Virus record (IMG/VR): IMGVR_UViG_3300035686_000005
Coordinates: 1-64,000 of that record
Source: a virus
DNA: 64,000 nt
Reading direction: 5' to 3' (one strand)
Shown here in pieces: positions 16,166 to 24,681 of the stretch (positions within the stretch are counted from its first letter, which is position 1; every line of letters starts with the position of its first letter). Below the pieces are notes generated by a model, which made no database searches, had not been told where the DNA came from, and saw only the letters and a program-made list of their open reading frames with translations. The position numbers and the translations under genes are program-made.

Positions 16166-16870
16166 GTGTTATATACTGAAATAAGTTCAGAAATTATTAG
16201 GAAGTACCCAGACATGATCGCCAACAATTTTTTTGACGGAATCGAACAAGAAATTTTGGATAGCATAACCATTCGGTCGGCATCGGCTTACGACATCATC
16301 AACGAAAATCTTAAGCTACCGATAAGTAAGCGTACTTACTTGACCAATGTAAAAAAGGTTACTAAGTATGTAGAGAGTGGTAGAGTACCGACTGAGTTTT
16401 TAAACATCAAAGCGCCCCCAAAAAATGCAAGGGTTATGTCCTTCCCCTACTTCTGTTTACTTTTCAATTACATTGTTTACATCGATTCGTTAAGGGTAGC
16501 TGACGCCATACCTATGGAACGATGTTTACCAGAAATTAAGAAAGAGGCAAAGTACTGGTTTAGCGTCGAAAAGATAACCAGGATTCTTAACGATCACACA
16601 GTCAAGCAATACGACGATCAAGGGAAGCCGTTATATGAGGGTAAGATGTTTGATTTTTACTTTAAGGTTGAAGGTATCAAATGCCATATAAACAGTTTTC
16701 GCGTTTGGAGTGAGAAGCATCCAGAGTTACCATATTTTTCCCGTAGAAAATTATATACATCTGAAGAGTTCGATCAGTGGCGTAAATTCCTGAAATCAAA
16801 ACCCGGTCGAATCCCTCCCCAAAAGCAACACGATCAGCCAACTAAAAAAGTAGCAATAGAAATTTGCTAA
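16166..16870 (+). CDS. hypothetical protein
   Basis: 234-aa ORF from GTG 16166 (first ATG 16214); two 15-bp direct repeats lie just upstream; stop TAA is the first triplet of motif 16868-16880. Confidence 0.55.
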   Translation: MLYTEISSEIIRKYPDMIANNFFDGIEQEILDSITIRSASAYDIINENLKLPISKRTYLTNVKKVTKYVESGRVPTEFLNIKAPPKNARVMSFPYFCLLFNYIVYIDSLRVADAIPMERCLPEIKKEAKYWFSVEKITRILNDHTVKQYDDQGKPLYEGKMFDFYFKVEGIKCHINSFRVWSEKHPELPYFSRRKLYTSEEFDQWRKFLKSKPGRIPPQKQHDQPTKKVAIEIC

Positions 16871-16880
16871 AGTTACTTTA
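16868..16880. repeat. TAAAGTWACTTTA copy (W=T)
   Basis: perfect; first TAA is the stop of 16166-16870. Confidence 0.95.
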
Positions 16881-16896
16881 GAGAATTTATAAACCG

Positions 16897-16921
16897 TCCT
16901 CTCACAAGAGAGGATTTTTTA
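16897..16921 (+). terminator. intrinsic terminator
   Basis: TCCTCTC-ACAA-GAGAGGA followed by TTTTTT. Confidence 0.7.
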
Positions 16922-16939
16922 TTGTAGCCATTCTAATAT
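16922..16939 (+). promoter_or_regulatory. promoter-like box TTGTAG-N6-TAATAT
   Basis: identical to 502-519; follows a terminator T-run; 38 nt before ATG 16978. Confidence 0.45.
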
Positions 16940-16977
16940 AAAGTGATATAATAATCGAGTACCCTAAAATTTTGAGT

Positions 16978-17199
16978 ATGAAAACTACAGCCAGAAAATT
17001 CCAAGCTGCTGAATCAAACAAGTTTGGAATGAAAGGATTATTTACAAGGATTGTGCATAAGGGTGAATTTTTAACAGTGTTCACACCTTCTTGCAGTCCA
17101 GAAGAATTTAGAGCGTTTGTCGTTATCTGCCAACATGAGAATTTAGATCAAGCTAAGTGGATGGCTGAAGAGTTCAACAAATTTTCTTCTGTGATGTAA
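16978..17199 (+). CDS. hypothetical protein
   Basis: ATG 16978 lies 39 nt after promoter-like box 16922-16939; bidirectional hairpin 17226-17250 downstream. Confidence 0.5.
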   Translation: MKTTARKFQAAESNKFGMKGLFTRIVHKGEFLTVFTPSCSPEEFRAFVVICQHENLDQAKWMAEEFNKFSSVM

Positions 17200-17225
17200 G
17201 CTCTGAAGAAACTGAATAAAAAGAA

Positions 17226-17250
17226 GCCCCCCTACAATCAGGGGGCTTTT
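17226..17250. terminator. bidirectional hairpin terminator between convergent genes
   Basis: GCCCCC...GGGGGC stem flanked by an A-run upstream and a T-run downstream. Confidence 0.6.
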
Positions 17251-17264
17251 ACTTTGTTTGGTGC

Positions 17265-17277
17265 TAAAGTTACTTTA
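17265..17277. repeat. TAAAGTWACTTTA copy (W=T)
   Basis: perfect; last TTA is the stop of 17275-17577 (minus strand). Confidence 0.95.
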
Positions 17278-17577
17278 TGAATTTTTCCTGCCGTATTGTT
17301 TAAAAACTGTAGGTTTACTATTCTTAGCACTTTCAATCGATTGGGAACACACTAAGGAATATTGAGCATACAGATTAAAGCATTGCTCCCATGTTAAACC
17401 TAGCCGCCTAGCTTCGACCTCAATCATGTCTCGATACAAATCTCTGTTTTGATCGAGATTTCTTTGTACGCTTTCAGCTATATAACTCCTCATGGATTTT
17501 TCCTGGATCTTTACTACCACGGCTAGATACAATGCCTCTGGATCGGGTAAGTCGAATGAACCGTTACTGATGCGCAT
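17275..17577 (-). CDS. hypothetical small protein (possible regulator)
   Basis: 100-aa lone minus-strand gene divergent from 17680-18180; stop lies in motif 17265-17277. Confidence 0.55.
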   Translation of the reverse strand: MRISNGSFDLPDPEALYLAVVVKIQEKSMRSYIAESVQRNLDQNRDLYRDMIEVEARRLGLTWEQCFNLYAQYSLVCSQSIESAKNSKPTVFKQYGRKNS

Positions 17578-17619
17578 AATTTGATTTAGCTACAAATGAA
17601 AAAAAGTTTTACACGTGTG

Positions 17620-17648
17620 TTGCACACACCCCAATTATCAGTTAATAT
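17620..17648 (+). promoter_or_regulatory. sigma70-like promoter
   Basis: TTGCAC-N17-TAATAT. Confidence 0.55.
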
Positions 17649-17679
17649 GAATACAGAAATCAAGCAAAAGGAATTTTTC

Positions 17680-18180
17680 ATGTTGACAGTTAAAATCATC
17701 AAAGACGAACTTCAGAAACAAAACATTTCTGCAACCTTAAAGGTTATCGGTGAATTTTTGACGGCAAACGATATCGAAGTGTCAAATTTGGAAGATAATC
17801 AACTCGGTGAAGTGGTAAATCTTTTCATTACAGAGATGCAAAAAAAGGAAGGAAGTCAACTTGCTGTTTCTTCTCCGGCTGCACCGGGTAAACCTTCTAA
17901 AGTTACTTTATCTCTCAGACAAGAGCTTTACACAAAACCTCAAGAGCTTCAAACACAGGACAGAAGCAAAGAACGTCAACAAAATCACACTAATCAACTT
18001 TCTGACAAGATGCTTGATACTGCTCATGCTATTGCAGATAGAAATGTGGAGATGGTTGAAAATTTACCTATCTTGACAGAAGCTTTAACAATCCAAAAGT
18101 TGCAAGAAAAAGCACCCGATATTCAAAGATCTTGGAATAACGTCATAGATAGATTATCTGATGTAATGTTTGGTGTGTAA
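17680..18180 (+). CDS. hypothetical protein
   Basis: start moved to ATG 17680 (AAGGA 9 nt upstream) because TTGCAC-N17-TAATAT promoter 17620-17648 lies inside the longer ORF; internal motif copy. Confidence 0.55.
   Translation: MLTVKIIKDELQKQNISATLKVIGEFLTANDIEVSNLEDNQLGEVVNLFITEMQKKEGSQLAVSSPAAPGKPSKVTLSLRQELYTKPQELQTQDRSKERQQNHTNQLSDKMLDTAHAIADRNVEMVENLPILTEALTIQKLQEKAPDIQRSWNNVIDRLSDVMFGV
17898..17910. repeat. TAAAGTWACTTTA copy (W=T)
   Basis: perfect; inside 17680-18180 (SKVTLSL). Confidence 0.95.
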
Positions 18181-18905
18181 TGGATTTTTTAGACGCTTTC
18201 ATTGAACGGCTAGCCAGAGAGGGAAAGATAGAGATATCACAATCTGATCTGCTAGCCATTATTTCAGGATTTGATATCGAACCCGAAAATGTGACTGAAG
18301 AGGTTTTAGATCAGCTTTTTGATTTGATAATGCTGTCAAATGCTTTAAACAAAAAGCTAAGTGACTCTAAAGTTACTTTATCAATAGCTGACTGTGTTTA
18401 TGTCCTTTGTAGATTTGGGGTTAAAACGGCTGAAGAGATAGACGACGATTTCATAAAAATTGTTTTGTCTATCACCGCCAAACCAGAGGAATCAAAAGAA
18501 CCTGAATTAGTAACAACTGCTGAGAGTAACCCGATACCAAAGGTTAAACAACACACAGATAAACTGGCTGAAATTATCAGACTGAAAGCAGAATCTGAAG
18601 CAAGCAAACTATCCGAGGCAATAGCCAATGTTCCTTTAATTGTTAGGCAAAAACTACTAAAGGACATACAAGAGCGAGAAGCCAATGAAGATAAGCAAGA
18701 AACGCTTTTAGGACTGAAGAGAATTGTTGATTTTTCAGTGGTGTATACAACAGATCAAATTGAGTCTAGGCGGCTTCTGACTTGCGTCTTAGGCGGCTTA
18801 ATGTTAGTCTTTGCGATTACGATATTTAGCGGGATGTATGATCAACAAAACGAACCAAAAACCAATCAACCAACGATTGAAGTTAAAGAAAAATCTCAAT
18901 ATTGA
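18180..18905 (+). CDS. membrane-anchored protein (C-terminal TM)
   Basis: 241 aa, start overlaps the upstream stop (TAATG); LLTCVLGGLMLVFAITIFSG helix; internal motif copy. Confidence 0.6.
   Translation: MDFLDAFIERLAREGKIEISQSDLLAIISGFDIEPENVTEEVLDQLFDLIMLSNALNKKLSDSKVTLSIADCVYVLCRFGVKTAEEIDDDFIKIVLSITAKPEESKEPELVTTAESNPIPKVKQHTDKLAEIIRLKAESEASKLSEAIANVPLIVRQKLLKDIQEREANEDKQETLLGLKRIVDFSVVYTTDQIESRRLLTCVLGGLMLVFAITIFSGMYDQQNEPKTNQPTIEVKEKSQY
18368..18380. repeat. TAAAGTWACTTTA copy (W=T)
   Basis: perfect; inside 18180-18905 (SKVTLSI). Confidence 0.95.
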
Positions 18906-18933
18906 GGTTTGTGTTACTAAAGATGCTGTAAGG

Positions 18934-19161
18934 ATGAGGATTCCTCTTTCGAAAAATCTTAGTCCCGAAAACAGTATTTTGATAGAGGAAACAGTTAAAG
19001 AGGCTAAACATTGGCAAAAAAACCTAAGTAAGTCAAACCTGTTTAGCACTCAAGCTTTAATCGTTTACTCAATAGTAATTTGTCTAGGAATTCCTACAGG
19101 ACTAGCGACATTTTCAGTGTTTAGCAATCAACAACAACAAAAAATTGAGAGGGTTCGATAA
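18934..19161 (+). CDS. small membrane protein
   Basis: in-frame ATG 18934 after AAGG within ORF 18811-19161; ALIVYSIVICLGIPTGLATFSVF helix. Confidence 0.4.
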   Translation: MRIPLSKNLSPENSILIEETVKEAKHWQKNLSKSNLFSTQALIVYSIVICLGIPTGLATFSVFSNQQQQKIERVR

Positions 19162-19661
19162 TGGCTGGCAATTTTTTTGAATATGTAATCGGTGAAGTTC
19201 AAGGCATAACTGGCAACAGTAAAGCAACAAAACAAAATAAAGCTGGGGGTTTTGATTCAGTAGAGACGGGAGCTGATGTCAATAGAATTAAAGGTCTTGA
19301 TACAGCGTTAAAAACTTTCAATAAAGCAGCTGTTTTGCCAACGTCTACCAAAAAAGAAACGATTAAAGCGGCTGGTATATTAGCTAATCAGATTGCAGCT
19401 GGTAACGGCAAGTTGGCTGAATTGGCTCAACACAGAATGAAGATTGCTCAAGGGATTGATAGAAGATTGCAAATACAGACTACTTATCAATCAGGTATGC
19501 AAAACTTGAACATAAATATTGAAAGGAATCTTGCTCAGTACGGTCAAACAACCGAAGCAAACAACCTAAAGCAAGAGGTGATAGAGACTGGTTACACCGC
19601 ATGGATGACCGAGTGGAATGGAGAGACAGACGCCATAGCAGCTGCGTTGGATAGTTTCTGA
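19161..19661 (+). CDS. hypothetical protein
   Basis: 166 aa, TAATG stop-start overlap with the upstream gene; terminator 19685-19710. Confidence 0.6.
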   Translation: MAGNFFEYVIGEVQGITGNSKATKQNKAGGFDSVETGADVNRIKGLDTALKTFNKAAVLPTSTKKETIKAAGILANQIAAGNGKLAELAQHRMKIAQGIDRRLQIQTTYQSGMQNLNINIERNLAQYGQTTEANNLKQEVIETGYTAWMTEWNGETDAIAAALDSF

Positions 19662-19684
19662 GTTATGGGGAAAAATAGAACTGT

Positions 19685-19710
19685 GAGGGGGTCACACCCC
19701 TCTTTTTTTT
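19685..19710 (+). terminator. intrinsic terminator
   Basis: GAGGGG...CCCCTC followed by T8. Confidence 0.7.
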
Positions 19711-19740
19711 GTAAACTTTGATTTTGCTCTAGATAATTAT

Positions 19741-19758
19741 TTGTAGTCATGTTAAAAT
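19741..19758 (+). promoter_or_regulatory. promoter-like box TTGTAG-N6-TAAAAT
   Basis: same geometry as 502 and 16922; 38 nt before ATG 19797. Confidence 0.4.
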
Positions 19759-19770
19759 TCAGAAAAGTCG

Positions 19771-19783
19771 TAAAGTTACTTTA
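19771..19783. repeat. TAAAGTWACTTTA copy (W=T)
   Basis: perfect; 13 nt upstream of ATG 19797. Confidence 0.95.
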
Positions 19784-19796
19784 GAGGAAAGTCAAA

Positions 19797-20087
19797 ATGA
19801 TTAGATGGTTTCGTGACTCAGGATTTGTTCAAGCATATACAGCTTTGGGATTGTTTACAGGTTTTATGGCGACTGCCTTTGGAGAATGGATTTTTGCATT
19901 TTTCATTTTAGGTTTAGCTCTTTTTTTAATGGTGATAATGACCATAAAAAATGCAATGAAACTATCCGCCAAGCTGCCAGATAAACCCATACAACAGTTG
20001 TTTTTGACTGTTGGAATTTTCTATTGTGTCATCTATGGTTATTTGCTATTTGCTTTTTTGTTTGGATTAATTCAAGGAGCTAGGTAA
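19797..20087 (+). CDS. membrane protein (3 TM)
   Basis: 96 aa, strongly hydrophobic; promoter-like box 19741-19758 and motif 19771-19783 upstream. Confidence 0.65.
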   Translation: MIRWFRDSGFVQAYTALGLFTGFMATAFGEWIFAFFILGLALFLMVIMTIKNAMKLSAKLPDKPIQQLFLTVGIFYCVIYGYLLFAFLFGLIQGAR

Positions 20088-20088
20088 C

Positions 20089-21624
20089 GTGGATATTCGG
20101 AAAAAGATAGAACACGTCAACAAGATTCATTACGATAATCTGTTGTTGTGTGGATGCATTCAAGCGATCAGTTTGACTTTGATTTTATCTCCGTTGCTTG
20201 TTGGATTTACTGGGCAAAAAATGTCAGACGGTTTAAAAGCTAGATATTTTATGCTTGGTTTTATGTCCTCTCTTGCTCAATCAGCCGTTGCACAATTCTC
20301 TGGTAAAAATTCAGCTCTCAAGCGTGTTTACGATGATTACATTAAGAAAGGAACTGCCAGAGAAATTGTTAATACTGCAAAGTTGGATGAGGTAATTGAT
20401 ACTATCGGAGGTCAGGAAAGCTTGGTTCAGATAGTTGAAACAATGCCTGATTTTAAAAAGCCAAGGTACATCGCCCAGTTCAAGCTACAAGGCTTGCTTA
20501 AGCCTCCCCAACAGCCGCAAAACACAGAACAAGGACACAATAACCACAACGGAGAAGTAACGGTTAAGAAAGCTTTACCAGTCATCAACAGAGAAATCGA
20601 ACAGATTCTTGATATTTCGTGGATGAATCATGCTTTTTTCTTCCGGTCAGCTGTGATATTAGGTGCTGAAGGAGACGGCAAAACATCATTGCTTGCATAC
20701 ATGGCGATAAACATTTTTGATATTTGTCCAGATGTTGATCTAAAAATTCACAATATTCACTACGATCCAGATGATGAGGATGATCGGTGGTTTCCTGGAA
20801 TGCCTAAAGATGTTGAGGCTAGCCTATTCATTACTGATCCGGCAGAGTGCATTGCAGACATGAGGGCAGTCTATGCAGAGATGCAGCGAAGAGTAAATGA
20901 AGAAGGCAAGTTCAAGGGAGTTCCAGTAATCCGAATCGTTGATGAATTCCAAGGTTTAAAGGATTTGGTCAGCGAAGATGAGTGGGAAGATTACTTGAAT
21001 TGTATGAAGCAATTGAAAAATCAGGGGCGCAAATATGCTAAAAAGGTTAACGGTCAAGATACAGGCTTCAGAGTTATTGCCGGTATGCATTCCTTAAAAA
21101 AGGGTGAAACAGGTTTAGATTCTGGCTTTTTTGCGGGTGCTAACATCGTGTGTATGGGAAATACAATCACGGATCAAAATACGCCGTTTCCTTCAGATTT
21201 CAATACAAAACAGTTAGTAAAGGAAATAGGCATGGCTAACGCCCAACTAGTATCAATGGGTCTTTATAACCCTGCTACACCCCACACAGACAGAGCTAGA
21301 GCAGCAGTTACCCGGTTGGGTAAAGAGTCTCCATGTATCCGAATTTTCCCTAGGTTTGATTTGAGCAATTTGTCCTATCGGGTAGTAGAAACTACTAACA
21401 CCGTTACTGAGGATAGTCAATACCAAGAGTCAAATCAGAAAAAAGAATCTACAGCCGATCAATATGCTGGAGATGACTACATGGCAAAACTGAAGACTTG
21501 GTACACAGCTAAGAAAGGTGATGTTACTGACGACGATCTAAAACAACAAATGTTTATTTTGTCAGGCAAAGTTATCCCGGACGATTTACTACAACAGCTG
21601 AGGAGAATCTTGGATGAGTCGTAA
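20089..21624 (+). CDS. FtsK/SpoIIIE-like P-loop ATPase with N-terminal TM helices
   Basis: GTG start; Walker A GAEGDGKTS, Walker B IRIVDEFQGL, GRKY..GFRVIAGMHS; hydrophobic N-terminus. Confidence 0.6.
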   Translation: MDIRKKIEHVNKIHYDNLLLCGCIQAISLTLILSPLLVGFTGQKMSDGLKARYFMLGFMSSLAQSAVAQFSGKNSALKRVYDDYIKKGTAREIVNTAKLDEVIDTIGGQESLVQIVETMPDFKKPRYIAQFKLQGLLKPPQQPQNTEQGHNNHNGEVTVKKALPVINREIEQILDISWMNHAFFFRSAVILGAEGDGKTSLLAYMAINIFDICPDVDLKIHNIHYDPDDEDDRWFPGMPKDVEASLFITDPAECIADMRAVYAEMQRRVNEEGKFKGVPVIRIVDEFQGLKDLVSEDEWEDYLNCMKQLKNQGRKYAKKVNGQDTGFRVIAGMHSLKKGETGLDSGFFAGANIVCMGNTITDQNTPFPSDFNTKQLVKEIGMANAQLVSMGLYNPATPHTDRARAAVTRLGKESPCIRIFPRFDLSNLSYRVVETTNTVTEDSQYQESNQKKESTADQYAGDDYMAKLKTWYTAKKGDVTDDDLKQQMFILSGKVIPDDLLQQLRRILDES

Positions 21625-22015
21625 AAAAGGATCAACAGGTAAAAACTCTAAAGTTACTTTAGAGGGTGAGAAGAAAAAATCAACAGCTCTTGATTTTAGA
21701 TACCCGCCTAACTGGGCTTCTATATCAGAAGATATCAGGAAGAAATGCATTTTTTGTTGTTGGTGTTTAGTGAAGCCTAGCAAACTTACACATCATGTGG
21801 AGTATGTAAGGTTTCTATCAGAAAATGAATTCGAACTGTTGTTAGACAGAGTTATTGCAGGGGAAAATGTATTTCCTGTTTGTGATGGATGTCATAGGGT
21901 TATTCATAGCAAGAAATATTACGAAACTTCCCCTAAAGGAAGACAATTTGATCGGAACAACAAAGCCGCTATTGAACGGTTAAAGATTGGTTATCAAATT
22001 ATTGTGAGGAACTAA
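21614..22015 (+). CDS. HNH endonuclease
   Basis: CCWCLVKPSKLTHHVEY ... CDGCHRVIH; motif copy at codons 13-16. Confidence 0.65.
   Translation: MSRKKGSTGKNSKVTLEGEKKKSTALDFRYPPNWASISEDIRKKCIFCCWCLVKPSKLTHHVEYVRFLSENEFELLLDRVIAGENVFPVCDGCHRVIHSKKYYETSPKGRQFDRNNKAAIERLKIGYQIIVRN
21649..21661. repeat. TAAAGTWACTTTA copy (W=T)
   Basis: perfect; codons 13-16 of the HNH gene. Confidence 0.95.
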
Positions 22016-22362
22016 TGCTAGACAATCTCTACAACCATTACATTAAGAGGATGACCTCATCAAACAACCAACAAAGACAAATCGAACAATCAGCTGAAAT
22101 ACGAGAGCAAAGTAGCACAAACTCTGAAGTTAACAGGGCGCTAGACAATCTGGCTAGACTGAAACAGGAATCGCTAGAGGACATATCAGATCCTGAACTT
22201 AGACAACAAATGCAAGACTTTTTTGATGAAGTAGAAGAAGCTGGGAAATCTGCATTTGTCAAAGAACTCACAGCAACAGATAAACGCTATAAACCGGAAG
22301 AGTTTAGCATGTCTGATTTGTTTGGCGGGGGCGATGAAGACGATAGTTTTTTGACTCTGTAA
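22015..22362 (+). CDS. acidic hypothetical protein
   Basis: 115 aa, TAATG overlap with HNH gene; terminator 22387-22416. Confidence 0.55.
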   Translation: MLDNLYNHYIKRMTSSNNQQRQIEQSAEIREQSSTNSEVNRALDNLARLKQESLEDISDPELRQQMQDFFDEVEEAGKSAFVKELTATDKRYKPEEFSMSDLFGGGDEDDSFLTL

Positions 22363-22373
22363 CAGTTTAGGTC

Positions 22374-22386
22374 TAAAGTAACTTTA
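22374..22386. repeat. TAAAGTWACTTTA copy (W=A)
   Basis: perfect; 11 nt after the stop of 22015-22362, before hairpin. Confidence 0.95.
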
Positions 22387-22416
22387 TGAGACGGGATCGC
22401 CTGTCTCATTTTTTTT
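22387..22416 (+). terminator. intrinsic terminator
   Basis: TGAGACGG...CTGTCTCA followed by T8. Confidence 0.7.
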
Positions 22417-22425
22417 GAAAATCTA

Positions 22426-22453
22426 TTGCAACACTGAAAAAAATTGATATACT
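22426..22453 (+). promoter_or_regulatory. sigma70-like promoter
   Basis: TTGCAA-N16-TATACT. Confidence 0.55.
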
Positions 22454-22486
22454 AAGGAAACAACAAAAAACACAAAGGTTAAACAA

Positions 22487-23902
22487 ATGACTCAGGCGAT
22501 TGAAAAAAATCAGGAATTGGTAAACGGTGTTCAATACGGCACTACTACTTATGTATCGGCTGAAGAGTTAATAAACAAGCTTCAACCTTGCCCTAAAAGC
22601 TTATACATTCGTGGTGATGTTCTACCTGTACGTATTGGGGAAATGCAGGAAGAGTTGCTAGTAGAGGGTAGTAAGCCCAAAACATATCAGGTTCTATATC
22701 CGATCAACTACTTCATTTTAAGTCCTGAAACGGTTGCAAAATGGCAGTGTGATGAAGATGTTAGCCCCAATGTCCCATATACATTGAATGGCAATACTAG
22801 GCGTCAAACTATAGAAGGTCTATTGGAAAAAGAAAAAGAAAAGGAAGAGGGGATTATCATTAATCCTGTTCCTATTCAAGAGATTTATCTTAATGACTTT
22901 GCTGACGATACTATTGTCTACAGTTTACAAATCAAGTCGAACGATAGCACACAAGCACACTCAACAGTTGCCAAAATGCGCTCGATTGCAATGCGCTTAG
23001 AACGGCTGTTCAGTATGGGTGTAGATCAGACGGTAGCACGAAAGCAATGCACGAAAATTGCCCGTTGCACTCCTACCTTAGTTTCTCAAGCTGAGAAATT
23101 CCTAGATAAGGATGATATGTCCCCTGAACTCTTGGAGGAACGCCGTAAGCTATTCGAGAAGCTAGACAGCGGACTATTGAGCGTTGATAGCGTCATAACG
23201 ATTATGCAAATTGGGGACAATCCAGCCTACGAGAAGTCTTACAGCGACATTATTAAAGGCTTGTCTGAAATGTACGGCGTTATCATTTCACCCAGCAAAT
23301 CTCTGTTTAGCAAAACACAGATTGTCAATTATAAGAAAACTCTCGACGCAGCTTTAAAAGCCAAGAGTGAGAGTAGTGACGACGAGGATGAAGATAAGGA
23401 TAATGACAAAAAACAAATCACAGAGGATGATTTAGTAGCGGCTAGAGACAACATCAAAGTTGTTCTCAAAGAACTTACAACAGAAAAAGATCCTTTACCC
23501 GTCGAAAGTGTCCCTGTCTATAAAGAAGCGGCTGATAAGCTTGCCAAGGTTGCTCGTATTATCACCAAAACCTTGAAGCCTGAACAGTACCAAGAGTTCT
23601 ACTCTAAGCTAAATGGCTTAGTTGTTGAGTATATGGGCGACGGTACCGACTTGCAGGGTCTTGAAGAAAAGGACATAGTAACAGTAGGCAACAGTCTGAT
23701 GCAGGTATACCAAAAACTAACAAAGGCAGAAACCAAACCTGAAACTAAGACTGAAACCAAAGCAGAGGGCAAAGGCAAGGGTAAAGGCAAAGGTAAAAAT
23801 GCAGCTGACAAATTAGAAGGAACCCAGCAAGAAATATTCCCAACAGATCCAACACATCCCGACTACGATCCAACTAAAGATCCTGACAAAATGGATTTCT
23901 AG
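22487..23902 (+). CDS. ParB/Srx-like N-terminal domain protein with Lys/Gly/Glu-rich tail (tentative)
   Basis: YTLNGNTRRQTIEGL (GxxRR box), HTH-like LVSQAEKFLDKDDMSPELL..LDSGLLSVDS, KGKGKGKGK tract; promoter 22426-22453. Confidence 0.5.
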   Translation: MTQAIEKNQELVNGVQYGTTTYVSAEELINKLQPCPKSLYIRGDVLPVRIGEMQEELLVEGSKPKTYQVLYPINYFILSPETVAKWQCDEDVSPNVPYTLNGNTRRQTIEGLLEKEKEKEEGIIINPVPIQEIYLNDFADDTIVYSLQIKSNDSTQAHSTVAKMRSIAMRLERLFSMGVDQTVARKQCTKIARCTPTLVSQAEKFLDKDDMSPELLEERRKLFEKLDSGLLSVDSVITIMQIGDNPAYEKSYSDIIKGLSEMYGVIISPSKSLFSKTQIVNYKKTLDAALKAKSESSDDEDEDKDNDKKQITEDDLVAARDNIKVVLKELTTEKDPLPVESVPVYKEAADKLAKVARIITKTLKPEQYQEFYSKLNGLVVEYMGDGTDLQGLEEKDIVTVGNSLMQVYQKLTKAETKPETKTETKAEGKGKGKGKGKNAADKLEGTQQEIFPTDPTHPDYDPTKDPDKMDF

Positions 23903-23909
23903 TTTGGAC

Positions 23910-23922
23910 TAAAGTAACTTTA
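23910..23922. repeat. TAAAGTWACTTTA copy (W=A)
   Basis: perfect; 7 nt after the stop of 22487-23902, before hairpin. Confidence 0.95.
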
Positions 23923-23930
23923 GAAAAAAG

Positions 23931-23958
23931 AAGCGTCCCATAATCGGGGCGCTTCTGC
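23931..23958 (+). terminator. hairpin, weak T-tail
   Basis: AAGCGTCCC-ATAATC-GGGGCGCTT. Confidence 0.45.
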
Positions 23959-23977
23959 TTAGGAGGTAAACTCAAAA

Positions 23978-24280
23978 ATGCAGTACCAACCTAATTATAG
24001 ATCAAACAGAGACAGCAATCACGCCGAAATAGTAAAGGCTATCAAGAAGTTAGGATGTAGTGTTAAAGACACTTCAGCTGTTGGTGGAGGATTCCCAGAT
24101 ATTATCGTGGGAATCAAAGGACAAACTAAAAACACTAACGTCCTGATTGAAATTAAAAGTGCTAAGGGTCGTCTAAGACCTGATCAAGAGAAGTTTATAG
24201 CTAAGTGGCAAGGCAACGTGGCAGTTGTCAGGACAGTTGCAGAAGCCGAATATATATGCAACCATTACCTTAAGCTTTAG
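23978..24280 (+). CDS. VRR-NUC domain nuclease
   Basis: GGFPDIIVG...VLIEIKSAKGRLRPDQEKFIAKW pattern. Confidence 0.65.
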   Translation: MQYQPNYRSNRDSNHAEIVKAIKKLGCSVKDTSAVGGGFPDIIVGIKGQTKNTNVLIEIKSAKGRLRPDQEKFIAKWQGNVAVVRTVAEAEYICNHYLKL

Positions 24281-24681
24281 AGCCGCTTAACTTTTTCCAA
24301 AACATCATAAAATTTATAGTCCAGAGATTTCGACTCAAGAAATTTCTGGATTTTCCATATCCAATCCTTAAAGAATGTTTCAAAAACTCGATCGTCATCT
24401 TCTGCTAACATGTCCATCTCAGGCAATATGAACCGTTCTAGAAACAACAAATTAGTCGAGTTAGGGCTAAGTAAAGCAGACTCATGTAGATAATATCCAC
24501 CATTACCGTTCTTGTCTTTTACCCAAATATTTTGAATTACCAGAGTTGAATTGGGATTTCCTAAAGCGGCAATGTTTAAAGTAACTTTACGATTTGATAA
24601 TGGCTGGATTGTTTCACCATACTCATTTTCGTAAGGTTCATTTTTTGAAATAACTTCGCAAGTTCCATCAAACAAAATCAT
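24277..24681 (-). CDS. hypothetical protein, paralog of 24678-25109
   Basis: MILFDGTCEVISKNEPYENEYGETI aligns with MTILFISGTVEIIKSNEPWTNLDGETF in the neighbour. Confidence 0.6.
   Translation of the reverse strand: MILFDGTCEVISKNEPYENEYGETIQPLSNRKVTLNIAALGNPNSTLVIQNIWVKDKNGNGGYYLHESALLSPNSTNLLFLERFILPEMDMLAEDDDRVFETFFKDWIWKIQKFLESKSLDYKFYDVLEKVKRL
24577..24589. repeat. TAAAGTWACTTTA copy (W=A)
   Basis: perfect; inside 24277-24681 (RKVTLNI). Confidence 0.95.
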
